DNA of 64,000 nucleotides, from assembly GCF_964355755.1 (NCBI RefSeq), contig NC_092674.1, positions 8,494,001-8,558,000 of the forward strand. The letters run 5' to 3'. Position 1 is the stretch's first letter; each line of letters opens with the position of its first letter. This document shows positions 11,019-23,985 of the stretch, in pieces. This DNA is from Antedon mediterranea (Eukaryota; Animalia; Echinodermata). A program made the translations under genes and the position numbers. The notes beneath the pieces were generated by a model. It searched no databases. It had not been told where the DNA came from and was given only the letters and a program-made list of their open reading frames with translations.

Positions 11019-14000
11019 ATGACAAATCGTCCTAAAAGTGGTAAGCTTACAACCCGGAATTTAAAGTTTTTAAATTTATCGTGCAATGAAAGGGGTTATT
11101 CAAGAGAAGAACGACCACATGGAGGATACAAAGGTGGGTATTTATTTTGGCCTACTCTATACATTATCCTCTAGGCTACTAGAGGCTAGGCTAGGCCGAG
11201 GCTAGGACTTAGGCCTAGAGGCTAGGCCTACTTAGAATAGGCGATTGGCGGCGGCCCCTTACAACTAACTAGGCTAGTCAGTCTTCCTACCTACACAGGC
11301 ACAGTAGGGCTAGGTACTGTGAACTATTACTGTACATTGCAATTTTGTTGTGATTGACGTTTAATAATAATAGAATAGAATAATAGAAGTTCATTGAAAA
11401 ATGTTAATTATAATTAACGAAGGATTAAATACAGCTGATTATTCATAGCAGGTGTGCCTAGGCTAGGCCTACCTTATGGAAAGATTTTTTAATTAAATAA
11501 ACTGGATCGGCCATAGTGTTAATAGTATAGTAAAACTAAAAGTAGGCCTAGGCCTAGTTGGAAGAGGAATACAGCCAGTATCAATAATTTTTCTAAATAA
11601 TTTTGAAATAAATTTTATTCATGGTTTTTATCGACAATGTAATATATTATGAGCAAAAAGTATTTGGCAAACTCATTTTCATTTCTGATCTTTCAATAAT
11701 CTATCTCAAGTTTGAAGGTAAACAACAAAGAACTGTCATTCAAGGGATAATGCCAATAACTGTATATTATCAGTATTAATACTAATAGTAGATATGGTAA
11801 TAGGAATCATATTGGTTATGCTTTTAATGTTCAGTTTGGTCATACAATCAGTTCTGTAGGCCTGTATCTTGTTTCCCCAACCCCAAATTGTTTTAAAATA
11901 CAATGTAATCAAAGTTTACAATCTGCCACTGGATCAATCTCAAACAATTGATATAGGTCTAATTTTTGAAAAAATTAACAAATTAATCTTAAAGTAGAAC
12001 ATTTATAATAACATTAACATGAAATGGTATTATTGAATTAAAGTGTTTTATATGCTGCAAGGCCAATTTAACTTACTTCATTGTATTATGTTGTCAATAG
12101 ACCAGTTAAGTTCTTTCATTATTTACAGAATCAATATTTACCTTGTGGCTTTATAAATATTTTATAGATAACTTTAATGGGTGTTATTCTTATAGTTTGT
12201 CGTGTTTTTGAAAGCCTCATGGTTAATCATAGTATAATTTAGTTATACAAATATTGACCTGTTACAGTAGTCTTGAAGGCTACTGTTTAAATTACTCAGC
12301 CAATGGTAATAATAATAAATAACAAAATATATATATATAATAAATAATAAACTTTATGCACAGACTTTCAGTAAGGCTGATGTCGAGATTGAAGATATCA
12401 CACAAATGTGTAATGATGAACTGATATCTAAATTAAATAATATTTTAGCTGATGAATCTCATATTCTCAACAATACTGTAAGTTAGTAGTTACCAGATCT
12501 GGAAGATTGACAACAATTCCAGTTAAAACAAATAGACATAAATTTTCATTCTTACCTAACACTATTAGACTACAAAACAACGAGTTCCAAAGATAGGTCA
12601 TTAGGTCTTTTGTATTTTAAATTGCTTGATCTGTTGTTAAGTTCCATGTTGATCATGAATGTAAATATTGATTTCGATCCAAGTCGGCCCTAAACCGTCT
12701 CGGACAAAGTCTATTAAAGTATATTAATTAATTAATGTGGACGAGTTGACCCATTAGTTTTTGGTCGAGTTGACGTGAGGCCGAGTTGACTTGAGGCCGA
12801 GTTGAATTGAGGCCGAGTTGACTTGGGGCCGACTTGACGTGGGACCGACTTGACTTTGGCCGAGACGGTTTGGGGCCGACTTGACCTGCACCCTAAATGA
12901 TTATATGTGTATTGTTTTGCTTGTGTTTTTCTGCCAGGAACCACAACAACAATAAGTATATTAAAATGTTTGCCGCCTTTTGCCACACCTTGCAAAAAAA
13001 GCTACAGTATTTGTTCCAATTGGAAATTGCCAAATTGATGAAATAAATAAATGAAAGCAGTGAATACAGTACTGGAGATGCATAGGCCATTGGCAAACAT
13101 TGACTTATATTATTGTATCTTATTGTCCAAACAAATTTAAAGAAATGAGGCACTCTTCAGCTCTAAGGTCTTACAGCTCTTAGTAGGAGAATCAGAAAAA
13201 AACAGATTTAAACTGCATTAATTAGTTAATTAGTGAGTGAGTGGCCGAGCGGTTAAGACAGTGGAACCGTAATCACGTAGCCATAACATCGGCAGAGGTT
13301 CGAGGCTCACTCACTCCATGGTTCTGGTGGTAGAACGAGTCTTCTCGGATAAGGACTATAAACCGTAGGTCCAGTGTACACAACTTGCTCGTGTGCACTT
13401 TAAAGAACCTAGTACATCTTTCGAGACGAGTAGGGGGTTACCCCGGTGTATTAGTACATCACAGCCAGAGCCACTGATCACCAACTGGGCCCTCTGGGAG
13501 ATCAGTCTTTGACTGAAGAGGTCACCCAGTATAAAGATAAAACAAACAAACAATTAACTGTATTTTTTTATTTTTGGTTCAAATTTATTGTAAAGCTCTG
13601 TCTACACTATGAAACATAAATGTGATGCGCCCATATATAGACATGATGATGTCATGTCACTACCAAATTTGAGCACATCGCACTTTTTTGTCATTAAACA
13701 AACTTCTTTAAAGAAATTAGTAAATCATAAGGTATTTTAACCTGAAAATTATGTGTTTATTGATTTCTTTTTTTGAAGTTTGTTTGAATAACTTTTCAGG
13801 CGTTTCTAGGCAGTACCCTTTGTCAGCGTTTGCATTTGATAAACCAGCTGATTACATGACAGGGGTAAAGAAAACTGTTGATGACCACTATGAGGTAGAG
13901 AAACAGAAGAAGTTAAATGCTCCAGCGTGGGTAGGCTGGGCTAACAAGGCCAGGAACCACACAGGTGAACAGGCATTGATTGTGCAGAAATACCTGGCTG

Positions 14001-17000
14001 GTAACAAGGTACTGTAGGTAATCTGAAAGTAGAGAAATTAGACAAGAGATGTCCAACTTCATTAAACATATCTCACACATCTCAACATCCAAAAAAAACT
14101 GTAGTACTATCAGTACAATGATTTGCATAATTTTTAAGTGTTTTCTAAAACACAGTCAATATAAATGTTATCTCTAGAATCGTTAAGGACGCAAACTTGA
14201 GTCTTCAAGTACTGTAATTATTCACACATCAATGTATAAGAGAGGTTTCGCAATCTTACGAATACGATAACGAAAACGGATACATCACGCACACGTATTC
14301 GTTTTCGTAAGCCATAAAAAAATCTGTTTCGCATGGCAACAAAATATTGAGGCGCGTCCAAAATATGACTGCGAAGGTACGTGTTGCTTGGTGCTTGACT
14401 GCCTAGGCCTGCGTAACATCAAAGCGAGTGAGGACTTTAAAAACTGCTATTTATCTAAATTGACCTGGCATTTTAATAAATTACTTTAGTAAATTACTTT
14501 CAATAAATCTATAATTATATTATAATCATGAATCATTCCTAATTCAAATGCAAAATGTGCAAAATAGATCAAAAACTATACTCGTTTTGTAGTTACGAAT
14601 ATGACTGGTGATCAGCTCAAAAGTTTCACAAATGTATGACGTATCCGTTTTCGTTATCGTATTCGTAAGGTTGCGAAACCTCTCTATAGCCTCGCTGGAA
14701 AACTCCTGAAGTAGATCGCAGTGTTTATTCATTCATGTCTATCATCAGTAATTTTACCAGCTTTACTGAGTATCCAAAGATGCATACATTTTAGAATGAA
14801 TTAGTGATACTTTAAGCTCTGTCTACACTATCAAACTAGTTTGACAAAAAATGTGCCCAAATATGGTAGTGATACTGTATGCACAAATATGGTAGTGATA
14901 TGCACAAATATGGTAGTGATATGCACAAATATGGTAGTGATATAATGTCATCGTGTTCATATCACTTTTTTTTTGTCACATAAAGTTTGATAGTGTAGTG
15001 TGTGCTTTAAACTACAATATAAAGTTTGATAGTGTAGTGTGTGCTTTAAACTACAATTTCATAAATTGTAACATTAACATATTGCATCTGTAATGTACTG
15101 TACAACAGTTTTTTCAAAGCTTTTTTCCATGACAGTTGACTGACTTTATTCGAAATTCTTATAAAAATATTTTATTAAAAAAAAGTTTTACATCATTTTG
15201 TTAAGTTTATAAATTATTGCATTTTTTAATTCATATTATTTTGTAGCTTGAACAAGCAAAAGGGACTGTGCCATCATATACGGAAAAAGTGAAAGAAAGG
15301 TGTAATAGCACCCCCAATGACCCAGACAAAATGCTTGTCAAGTCCAACAGTATGCACCAGTATTTGACATCAACTGACCGATATGGAGAATCGGCAGAAT
15401 TAGTGGATATCACGCTTGGACGACCAACAAGAGCAAGGTATATATACAGTTGATTGTTTTAAGCGCTGTCTGCACTATCAAACTAGTCAAAAATCGTGTG
15501 ATTTGCCCAAATATGGTGGTGATATGCCTAAATATGGTAGTGGTCTGACATCATCATGTCCATATATGGGCACATCACATTTTTTTGTCAAATAAAGCTT
15601 GATAATATAGACAGAGCTTTAAAGTGTGAGATTTATTTTCTAGTCTGGTTTATCATTTTTCCAGAGTACCTCGAGCACAGAGGTCTACCAATCTGTCGAC
15701 AAAATATCACTAGGCTATCTCTAAATCTTGGTTCCCACTAGAACGTGACGAAAGTGCAATGCATGTTGACCAATGACGAGCAACAGTTTGAAAAATATAA
15801 CTTTTGTGATTGGTCGCATTACTTGCGTTACTTGCGTCCTAGTGGGAAATAAGCTTAAGAGGAACCATGGATGAACATACTGTTTCTGTATCTATACTGA
15901 ATATTAACTTTACTTTGATAGTTTGCTGCGTATACACCATCGATCCCAGTCTGCTCCTCAGGTTAGGGCACCAGTTGAGAATAAAATGTCCCTGCATCGC
16001 CAACAGATGATGGCAATAAGTATGTTTTGGTATTTTATTATTGTTATTGTGATGTTAAATATTGATAGAGTACTGCTAAGAAAAATTTGAACTAATGCTT
16101 AAAGTAATTATTTGTTTAATTATTATTTTTATGGGATTACCAATAATAGTTGTTTAATAATAAATATGTATTATTCATTTCAGAAAAGGGGGACAAGCAC
16201 AGGACAGTAGATGTTCCAAAGAAGTGAGTAGTTATTTCTACATGTGAAATGAATATATAATAAATGATAGAAAGAGTTAGAAAGGTAATATGATGGCAAG
16301 TGGCAGGGTTTTTTGAGTGAAATGGATGTCATGGGATTTTCCCTTTTTATTAAGCTAGTTTACTTAAGTTTTTATGGAGATGAAATTAATAAGAAGTTTC
16401 TTGTTTGAGACAGTGATCTCAATTTATTAAATCCTAATCCTAAATTATTTATATTTTACTATACTACATTATTGTTCATTAAAGTAAACTTGTTGATTTA
16501 TTAATTTTGTTTTTCAGCTTGCAACCAATTACCCAGAACGGTGAAAGTATATATGAATTCCTTGTAGGAGCTAGGTATAACAGGTGAGAACAGCCCTTTT
16601 GAGACTCCTCCAAATCCTGTGTCTTTTTGAATAAACAACAAGAAAAACATTGCGATTTCCTAGTGCATATTTAATTGTTGCAATATTGTTGTTTTAATCT
16701 ACCAAGCAAAGTGAATTTCCATTTTTATGGACAAATAAAATTTCTTGAATCCTTGTAGGAGCTAGGTATAACAGGTGAGAACAGCCCTTTTGAAACTCCT
16801 CTAAATCCTGTGTCTTTTTGAATAAACAACAAGAAAAACATTGCGATTTCCTAGTGCATATTTAATTGTTGCAATATTGTTGTTTTAATCTACCAAGCAA
16901 AGTGAATTTCCATTTTTATGGACAAATAAAATTTCTTGAATCCTTGTAGGAGCTAGGTATAACAGGTGAGAACAGCCCTTTTGAAACTCCTCTAAATCCT

Positions 17001-19185
17001 GTGTCTTTTTGAATAAACAACAAGAAAAACATTACGATTTCCTAGTGCATATTTAATTGTTGCAATATTGTTGTTTTAATCTACCAAGCAAAGTGAATTT
17101 CCATTTTTATGGACAAATAAAATTTCTTGAATCTTTAATTAATTAATTAATTCCCAGCATCACCGAGTGGTTTGGAGTTTCTCTGTTAGCTGTCAAATTA
17201 CATACAATATATAAAACAGTTTTAATTTCTAACACTGCCTTTTTTTATGTTTATATTGTAGATCATATTGTGCAGATTCAACATGTATGTCAAAGTTAGG
17301 CCTCTATGTCTCCAGAGATGACCCACTTCGCTGCTTTCTCCATCGACCGTTTCAGACTACCCCAGAAGATTCCAATTTCCCTAAACAGCAGCATTGTGAA
17401 GAAGCATCACCACCTTTGAAAACCAAGTTTGCTTGGGAGAAGAATGAAACTGCATTAACCTCTGGTCGATCTACACCTAGGTCCTTTTCCAGTGCTAGGT
17501 CAACTCCTCGTGAAGATACTCCTAGAAACCGTGGTGCCAACAAGATGCAGAAAGAGAAAAGTTCCCATGACCATGGTGAGCCATACTGTGTCATGTGCTA
17601 TGGCGGAATGCCAAAACGTGGGGTTTTGAAGAAGAATACTTCTAGAAAATTACAGAAAGATGAACATGAATGCACTGACCATTCAAACCAGGATGAGCAA
17701 TGGAAAAGAAGTTACATAAATATTTTGGAACAAAACTACCATTTAAACATAATGGGTGAGTTTTATTGTTTTTTAGTGGTAAATGTATAATTTATCTCAC
17801 TTTTGGACATATTTTCTTGATATGTATGTATCTTGTATTATGTTATGAGTGCTTTATGCATTATATTTTGTTTATCAGGAACTAGAGTTGGAATTTGCCA
17901 TACAAAGCCGTCTCCTGCAAGAGGTAATCTTCATCATTCATCGTCATCTACCCACTACCGACAAAACAAGAAGGCAAACCGACCATATGTCAACAACAAC
18001 CACTACTCAGTCCGTTGTGGATCATCTTATAGTGAATCAAAGCCAGACAGTGGGTTAAGTAGTAGATTTGGCAGTGAAATCCATGTTGGCATGCCAGTGA
18101 TGGAGACATCTGGAGAAGGTGATTTGGTAAAGGTTTCCTCAAGAAATGAAACCTGTACTTGCAAGGTTAGCTTTGTCAAAGAAGCTAATAAGAAGACTTC
18201 TGCTTGCCAGAAAAATGATCAAAATTGTGCACCAATTACAACAACAGCCAATGATGGTAAATATACAGATCTTCGCATTGATGGAAATGGAAAAGCTATT
18301 GATAGTAGAACAAAACAAAATGATCAAACTGATGGTGCCATTAGTAGTGTGTCAACTGAGAAAAGTGGAACTGAAAATGTAGTAGAAAGTGAACAAAAGA
18401 ACCATCAAAAAGTTATTTCGCTTTCTGACAACCAACCATTAAGGGATGGAGATCCAGAAGATCAAAATTTTAGAAAGTCAAAAAATGATATTACAAACAA
18501 TATTGTTACTGAAAACGTACCACAAAATGATGGAGATTTTCTGAAACAAAATGATGGAGAACCAGAAGGTGAAAAACCAACAATAAAAGTTAGCGTGGAA
18601 ATAAAAATAGTGGATGTCTGTATGAAAGGAAAGGACAGTAAAATATCTGATGTTTTAGAAAACCTACCTAACAGTGGAGAAGCAGAAGACAGTTTAGCTG
18701 AACAGACTAAGAATGGAAAGCAATCAGCAGATGGTTGTGTAAAAGGCGTTCCCGTAGAAGAGAACATGGTCCTGAACAACAACAAAAGCACATCAGTGAG
18801 TGGAGCAGCAGAAGTCAGTTTAGCTGAACAGGCTAAAAATGGAAACCACTCAGCAGATGGTTGTGTAAAAAACACTCCTGTAGAAGAGAATAAGGTTCTA
18901 TATGACAAACACCTACCAGTAAACAGTGGTGAAGTAGATGTCAGTTTAGCTGAACAGGCTAAAAATGGAAACCACTCAGCAGATGATTATGTAAAAAACA
19001 CTACTCCTGTAGAAGAGAATAAGGTTCTACATGACAAAAGCCTATCAGTAAACAATGGAGAAGCAGACGAAAGTTTAGTTGAACAGGCTAAAAATGGAAA
19101 GCAATCAGCAGATGGTTGTGTAAAAAACACTCCTGTAAAAGAGAATAAGGTTCTGAACAAATTAAAAGATAGTGGAGTAAGTTAA
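11019..19185 (+). CDS. Uncharacterised protein, 8 coding exons, about 839 aa, with a low-complexity repetitive C-terminus
   Basis: Exons 11019-11133, 13800-14008, 15247-15437, 15922-16019, 16184-16223, 16518-16583, 17262-17755, 17879-19185. All seven introns are GT-AG with matching phases, giving 2520 nt without internal stops. No domain recognised. A GTAAGT at 19177 leaves a further exon possible. Confidence 0.8.
12362..12660 (+). mobile_element. LINE (L2/Rex1-Babar-like) ORF2 3' fragment
   Basis: Frameshifted translation NILADESHIL...TRSGRLTTIPVKTNRHKFSFLPNTIRL resembles the C-terminal tail of this LINE group. Confidence 0.65.
12679..12892. mobile_element. Small foldback/MITE with a 15-17 bp GGCCGAGTTGAC sub-repeat array
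   Basis: CAAGTCGGCCCTAAACCGTCTCGGACAAAGTC (about 12680) is inverted relative to 12851-12883; about 8 tandem GGCCGA(G/C)TTGAC units. Confidence 0.7.
13233..13553 (+). mobile_element. tRNA-derived SINE, apparently full length
   Basis: Pol III A box TGGCCGAGCGG, B box GGTTCGAGGC, unrelated body and (AAAC)n tail; second copy at 55886-56124 on the minus strand. Confidence 0.88.
13594..13700. mobile_element. MITE family C, partial copy
   Basis: AGCTCTGTCTACACTAT end and CCCATATAT..ACATGATGATGTCA core shared with the other C copies. Confidence 0.7.
14239..14685. mobile_element. MITE family D, about 450 bp
   Basis: TIR of about 45 bp AGAGAGGTTTCGCAATCTTACGAATACGATAACGAAAACGGATAC; highly similar copy at 60186-60692. 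Confidence 0.9.
14815..15056. mobile_element. MITE family C copy with an expanded 20-bp internal repeat and a 38-bp end duplication
   Basis: AGCTCTGTCTACACTATCAAAC start; CAAATATGGTAGTGATA unit x4; TAAAGTTTGATAGTGTAGTGTGTGCTTTAAACTACAAT x2. Confidence 0.8.
15462..15618. mobile_element. MITE family C copy
   Basis: Imperfect TIR GCGCTGTCTGCACTATCAA / TTGATAATATAGACAGAGC around the CATCATGTCCATATATGGGCACATCAC core. Confidence 0.85.
15726..15855. mobile_element. MITE family A-related degenerate copy
   Basis: CTTGGTTCCCACTAG...GACCAATGAC...GTGATTGGTC...CTAGTGGGAA; similar degenerate pieces at 1-68, 4135-4205, 29198-29327 and 37826-37897. Confidence 0.7.
16556..17133 (+). repeat. 191-bp tandem repeat x3 spanning an exon/intron boundary
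   Basis: CTTGTAGGAGCTAGGTATAACAGGTGAG starts at 16561, 16752 and 16943; units are nearly identical. Confidence 0.95.
18673..19158 (+). repeat. Coding tandem repeat, about 126 bp (42 aa) x4
   Basis: SGEA/V..SLAEQAKNG..SADGCVK.TPVEENKVL repeated four times in the last exon. Confidence 0.9.
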
Positions 19186-20194
19186 TTTGGAGCACTGTTA
19201 CTTTAGAATTAACACTACGCAATGAAACTGATGGATATATTGATGTACTTTGCAAACTGAATTGGATTAAGTATTTTAAAACATTAAATTTAAAGTTTAA
19301 TTTTTGTTTGTTGCTTGCTTTCTCATTCCGGTGTTGCCACTAATTACAGGTAGTGAATGTGTGTGACATTATCGAAAACATATATGAGCATTTTGTAAAT
19401 ATATATTTTACCTTGTTTTCTTTTAAAACCAAAGTTTATTAATTTTGTAAAATAGAGATGAATTGTGCAAGTTTATAGAAACCTTCAAACTCTCGTGCTT
19501 TCAATTCCTTTTATGCGATTTTAATTACTTTGTTTTATAACTACTAAATGTTTGGGTTTTTGTTGGTTTTTTCATTAGTATATTGATACGCCAAAAGAAT
19601 TTGTGACGTAGGCCTATTTGTAAAAATCTTTCAATCGAGTACTGTGTATTGTGTTTAAAGAATTATGTGGTTTTTCTTTTACTTTTGTTTATAATTAGCC
19701 CAAACTCACTAATGTCGAACAAAATATTATAATCTCACATGTACTGGTACTCTTTCGGTGCTATGATAATGTGGATTTGACAAAGTAAACAACGTGATCT
19801 TAGGAAACACGCATCCCATAAGCATGGACTATATTATTCGTTTTTGCTTTCAAAAATATTGATTTTGAACTTTGCTTGCAATGTACTGTAAATGTGCAAT
19901 CTATATTGTTAGAAGCATTTTTATTTTATATAATTATTTGTATAATGCTATGAATGTTAATTTCTCTTATATAATTCGAATATATAATTTCTATAGATTT
20001 ACAAAGATTTTTTTTTTATAGTAGTGTGATCAAATGTACCGTACTGCTGTTTTGTAAATAGTTTTGAAAATATTTAATAAATATTCTGTATATAGGCTAC
20101 TTTACTAAATTTTAGTAGAAATCTATGCTATGTAGGATGCTAATAAACAAAGAACCCACCTACACATGCGTGTAAGACCAGTATGCAACTCTTA

Positions 20195-20396
20195 AGCGTA
20201 GTTCCCACTAGAACGTAACGCAGCGACGTATTGACGCAAAGTGTTGTATTGCGTAATCACAAGTGGGAACCGACGACGCAATAATGATGCAAACATCGCA
20301 GGTTTGATTTCACGCAGGCGGGGGCAAACACAATTATTAGAAGGGCATTTTCTTACGTTACGTAGATTGCGTTGCGTCGCTAGTAGGAACCAAGCT
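20195..20396. mobile_element. MITE family B copy
   Basis: TIRs present, TTA on both flanks, internal sequence as at 5898-6104. Confidence 0.88.
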
Positions 20397-23176
20397 TTAC
20401 GTAAATAGTGAAAACATTTTCCTCTGGTTTCGATTAGTATATTGATATGTACCGGTAGTTCATTGATTGTAGCCTAAACCATGGAGTATTCTTTACTCCA
20501 TGCCTAAACCCAATAATTTTGACAACTGACCTAGCTAAACGAACTCTTGAAACGTAAATAAAAAAATAATTGGTTTACAATCAATGAACTCCGTAAATAT
20601 TCAGTTTATTTTACGCTGTTATTTTAAACGAGACGGAGTAGTCATTTTGTTCTCCAAAAATTGTCGAATCGTGCATAAATTGAGGGAAGCACGTGTCGGA
20701 AATATCCCATTTTTATACCGAGGAGATTGGGGTAGGTTAAACAAGATGGGATAGTCCCAATCCACAAGCACGCTCTCCAGATACATTAGTTAAGACGAGT
20801 CCTGCGCAGTGAAAGTCAATACAAATACTATACGAGTCGCATTGTATATTAAAAGATTTCTTCATGTTTAATATTAAAAATGAAAATGACTGAAATAGTT
20901 TAGCTGATAATTAGTATGACAGATTTATGACTAATCTTCTAGAGCAGTTAAGCAGACACATAACACTATCGATTCCATAATGTAAATAGCCATCTTGATA
21001 TAATACCCACAAAAAAACCGATGACAGATGAAAGAAATTAACAAATATTATTTAGTTAATTAATTGGGATCAATTGAATCAAATCAGACCTTGAATTATG
21101 TAGATACGTCCAGATAACGCCAACGTTAATAACAATAATTATTTTCCAGAGTTTACGGATCTTCAAACTTTTCCTTTCTCTTTTTCAAGAGTTCTCTCAA
21201 TCATCACCTTTACTACGTACGTAAGGTCAAGTTCGAGTCATACATTTTTTAGTTAAGATCTGACCTTGTGAAATGATAGTCTGTTTGTCTGTTGGTCCAA
21301 TTATTATAGAATTTTTGTCAACGGCATAACCACATTTATTAATATATTTATTTGTTGCTATTTAAAAAAAAAATCAACCTGTTGACTGCAGTATTACGAA
21401 CTGTGTTATTTTATTTTTTGTTGTTGAGGATAAATAACTTTAATACTGCAATATTAAAAGATCCAGAACTTAAATGATACTTCAATAACCGTGCAATTGT
21501 GCATTCATTTTTTTTCAATTGTGTATTTGTACTTTTTTCGAACCTCAATGGAAATAACTTCTTTGCATCGTTTTTTTAATGTGCATTTTTTGTGTTTAAT
21601 GTTCATTTTTGTCAGGCTAATGTAGGCCTATATACCATTTTCATCAATTCTATATTGTTGTTATTGTTGTTTTATTGTTTTTACCTTGTATTTTATATTA
21701 TGATGCCAAATAAAATAAAATATATCTATCGGTATAAGATAGAATAGTACAGCTCTCTTAAACACCTGTACATTTTGTAAATTAGCATAGCATTGTTCAG
21801 ACACTTAGCCGGTTTCAGTATTAGTGAATACCCTCCTGTCCTTTCATACTTATATTCTTGGCTGTGTATTTGCAGATGCCAGGGAATAGTGGCTCTTCCT
21901 TGCTTTTCCATTCAGTTTTATACCGTGGGTAAGTAGGCTTATTGTTACTTCTTGTTGTATAGGCAAGGTACAGTAGTGCAGGGATTTTTTTTCCAAAATA
22001 AATTCCGATTTGAATTGTTGTCTGGTGCAGATGGTTCCCACTAAAGATTATAAATGGTGGCTATCCGATCGGCGCAGCTCTATAACCAAAGAATTTGCTT
22101 ACGCTACGCTTGGCACGTATAATTTTAGTATACAATCTCACAACGGAAAGCTTTACATTGTTTATAAATATATCAGCCAAATTATATTTAGTTTGATTAC
22201 TCTGTTCGCGCACACAACTTTACGTGTAATATGCATAGTTACAATGTTATAGCAATAGCAAACAAAAACTGACTTTGAAAAGAAATGTTACAATTTTTTT
22301 TTTTAACAAGATGTTATCATTATGTTCCGACGTAAAAACCAATTACTCGTGTAACCTAAATTACTCTTCCACAAATTAAATTCAGTATTTATATTTAAAA
22401 TTATGAGGTTTACTACGAATAAAACAATATAGAAACTGAAATACGATATGATCCAAGTTCATGCACATGGCAGGGAAATTGACTCCTGTCAAATCTAATC
22501 TTTCCAACATTGCCGGGATAATAATAACTTGCTAGCAGCAGGATATTCTCTGTAGAGAACCTAAATAGAACATCCGTCATTCTAACTTAATTTTTCTTAA
22601 TCTAAAACGAAATTTATTTATGGAGATTTTATGAAAGACAACACAATATGTTTTCTTCGTATTTAAAATAATTTAAATTTTATTAATGTTCACACAATAT
22701 GTACTGTAAATGCAGTATTTACATACATCTTTCATCAATTAAAATAGCATAAAATAAACTTTAAAAAAATACAATTCTGGGTGTGAACTTTTGTGAGGTC
22801 TTAGAAGGCTGCCAATTTAGCCCTGCCTGAATACCCAAGTGAACATCAATTTTGAAAGTAATTTAGGTTTGGCCTCGGCAGACACCACAACTGTTATCCC
22901 TTGGGATGCACACCGTCATATTTCATTTTAAAACATTTATGTGGATCTGTTGCACTTATCATCACACTTACAACCTTGATGATATTAAAGGTTTTCTTTT
23001 AAAAAGGAATTTCCCACGTACTAAATTCTTTTACTTTATTGAAAATTCCTTATCTTCACTTTCAATTTCACTCTAGCTCGTACTATTTTTTCTTTCAATT
23101 CAAGTGGAAATTGGCATATTAAATACCCTGTTAACCAGTGTTGCAACTATGCTAGTGGTTTATGTGACACTTAAAC

Positions 23177-23369
23177 CACTAGCAACGCAACGTAACGCAG
23201 CGATGCAACCTAACGCAGCGACGCAAAGTGCTGTATTGTGTAATCACAAGTGGGAACCGACGACGCATCAGTGCTGCAAATACAGTATCGCAGATTTGAT
23301 TTCACGCAGGCGGGGGCAAACACAATTATCAATATCGGAAGGGCATTTTCTTACGTTGCGTCGCTAGCT
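23177..23369. mobile_element. MITE family B copy with truncated ends
   Basis: Internal B sequence AATCACAAGTGGGAACCGACGACGCA...GATTTCACGCAGGCGGGGGCAAACACAAT. Confidence 0.8.
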
Positions 23370-23985
23370 TTAGGAAACAACGTTTCAATCTTGCACTAGG
23401 TTCGTCATTGTTGAATGTTGTGCTTGGAAATAGGTGTAGTAATTTTAGATGTAATTCATTGGCAATATAGTATTTTTACAACTTCCAAAAGCATAAAAAA
23501 TGTTGTCACCGTAGCCACCTTAGTGCAATTTTTAAATAAACATCATAGATAAATTTGATATAAGCATTATTCTCAGATTGGATTTTAGGCAAAAATAATA
23601 AATCAATTAATTTGATATTATATTCTTTTAACAAATAATTAACTACCTTTTTGTGCAATAGGATCTCACAATTGTCTGTATTTTTTTGAATGGTATTTTT
23701 ATATGGTTTTTGTTATGGCATAATATTGTACAGTATTGCTTATCTTTGGGTGTACAGCGTGCGTGCGTACTTAGTCTTTGTTTTCTAAACACCACTATAT
23801 TTGTTTATATTTTTAGTATGTTCATACAATGCTTTCAGCTTTTGCTGCTTTTTGTATTACATTTTTATACCGAAATAAAATAATACTGTACAATTAAATA
23901 AAATACAGTACTAATACAGTATTTCTCATGTATACTACATCCCTGATATTTACAAACAAACACATGATCCAGTTGACAATATGTG

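Noticed and set aside
12365-12477. Apparent extra exon (CAG...GTAAGT) of the unknown gene
   Set aside because: Has an immediate stop in the required phase and translates as a LINE C-terminal fragment in another frame.
13233-13315. Possible tRNA gene
   Set aside because: Continues into a shared body and (AAAC)n tail with a second copy elsewhere, so it is a SINE head.
15665-15713. Possible cassette exon
   Set aside because: In-frame TAG with no good donor; exons 3 and 4 join in frame without it.
18462-18908. 148-aa minus-strand repetitive ORF
   Set aside because: Antisense of the coding repeat in the + strand gene.
21876-21928. Isolated AG...GTAAGT exon-like segment and nearby short ORFs
   Set aside because: No partner exons or homology recognised; cannot support a gene.
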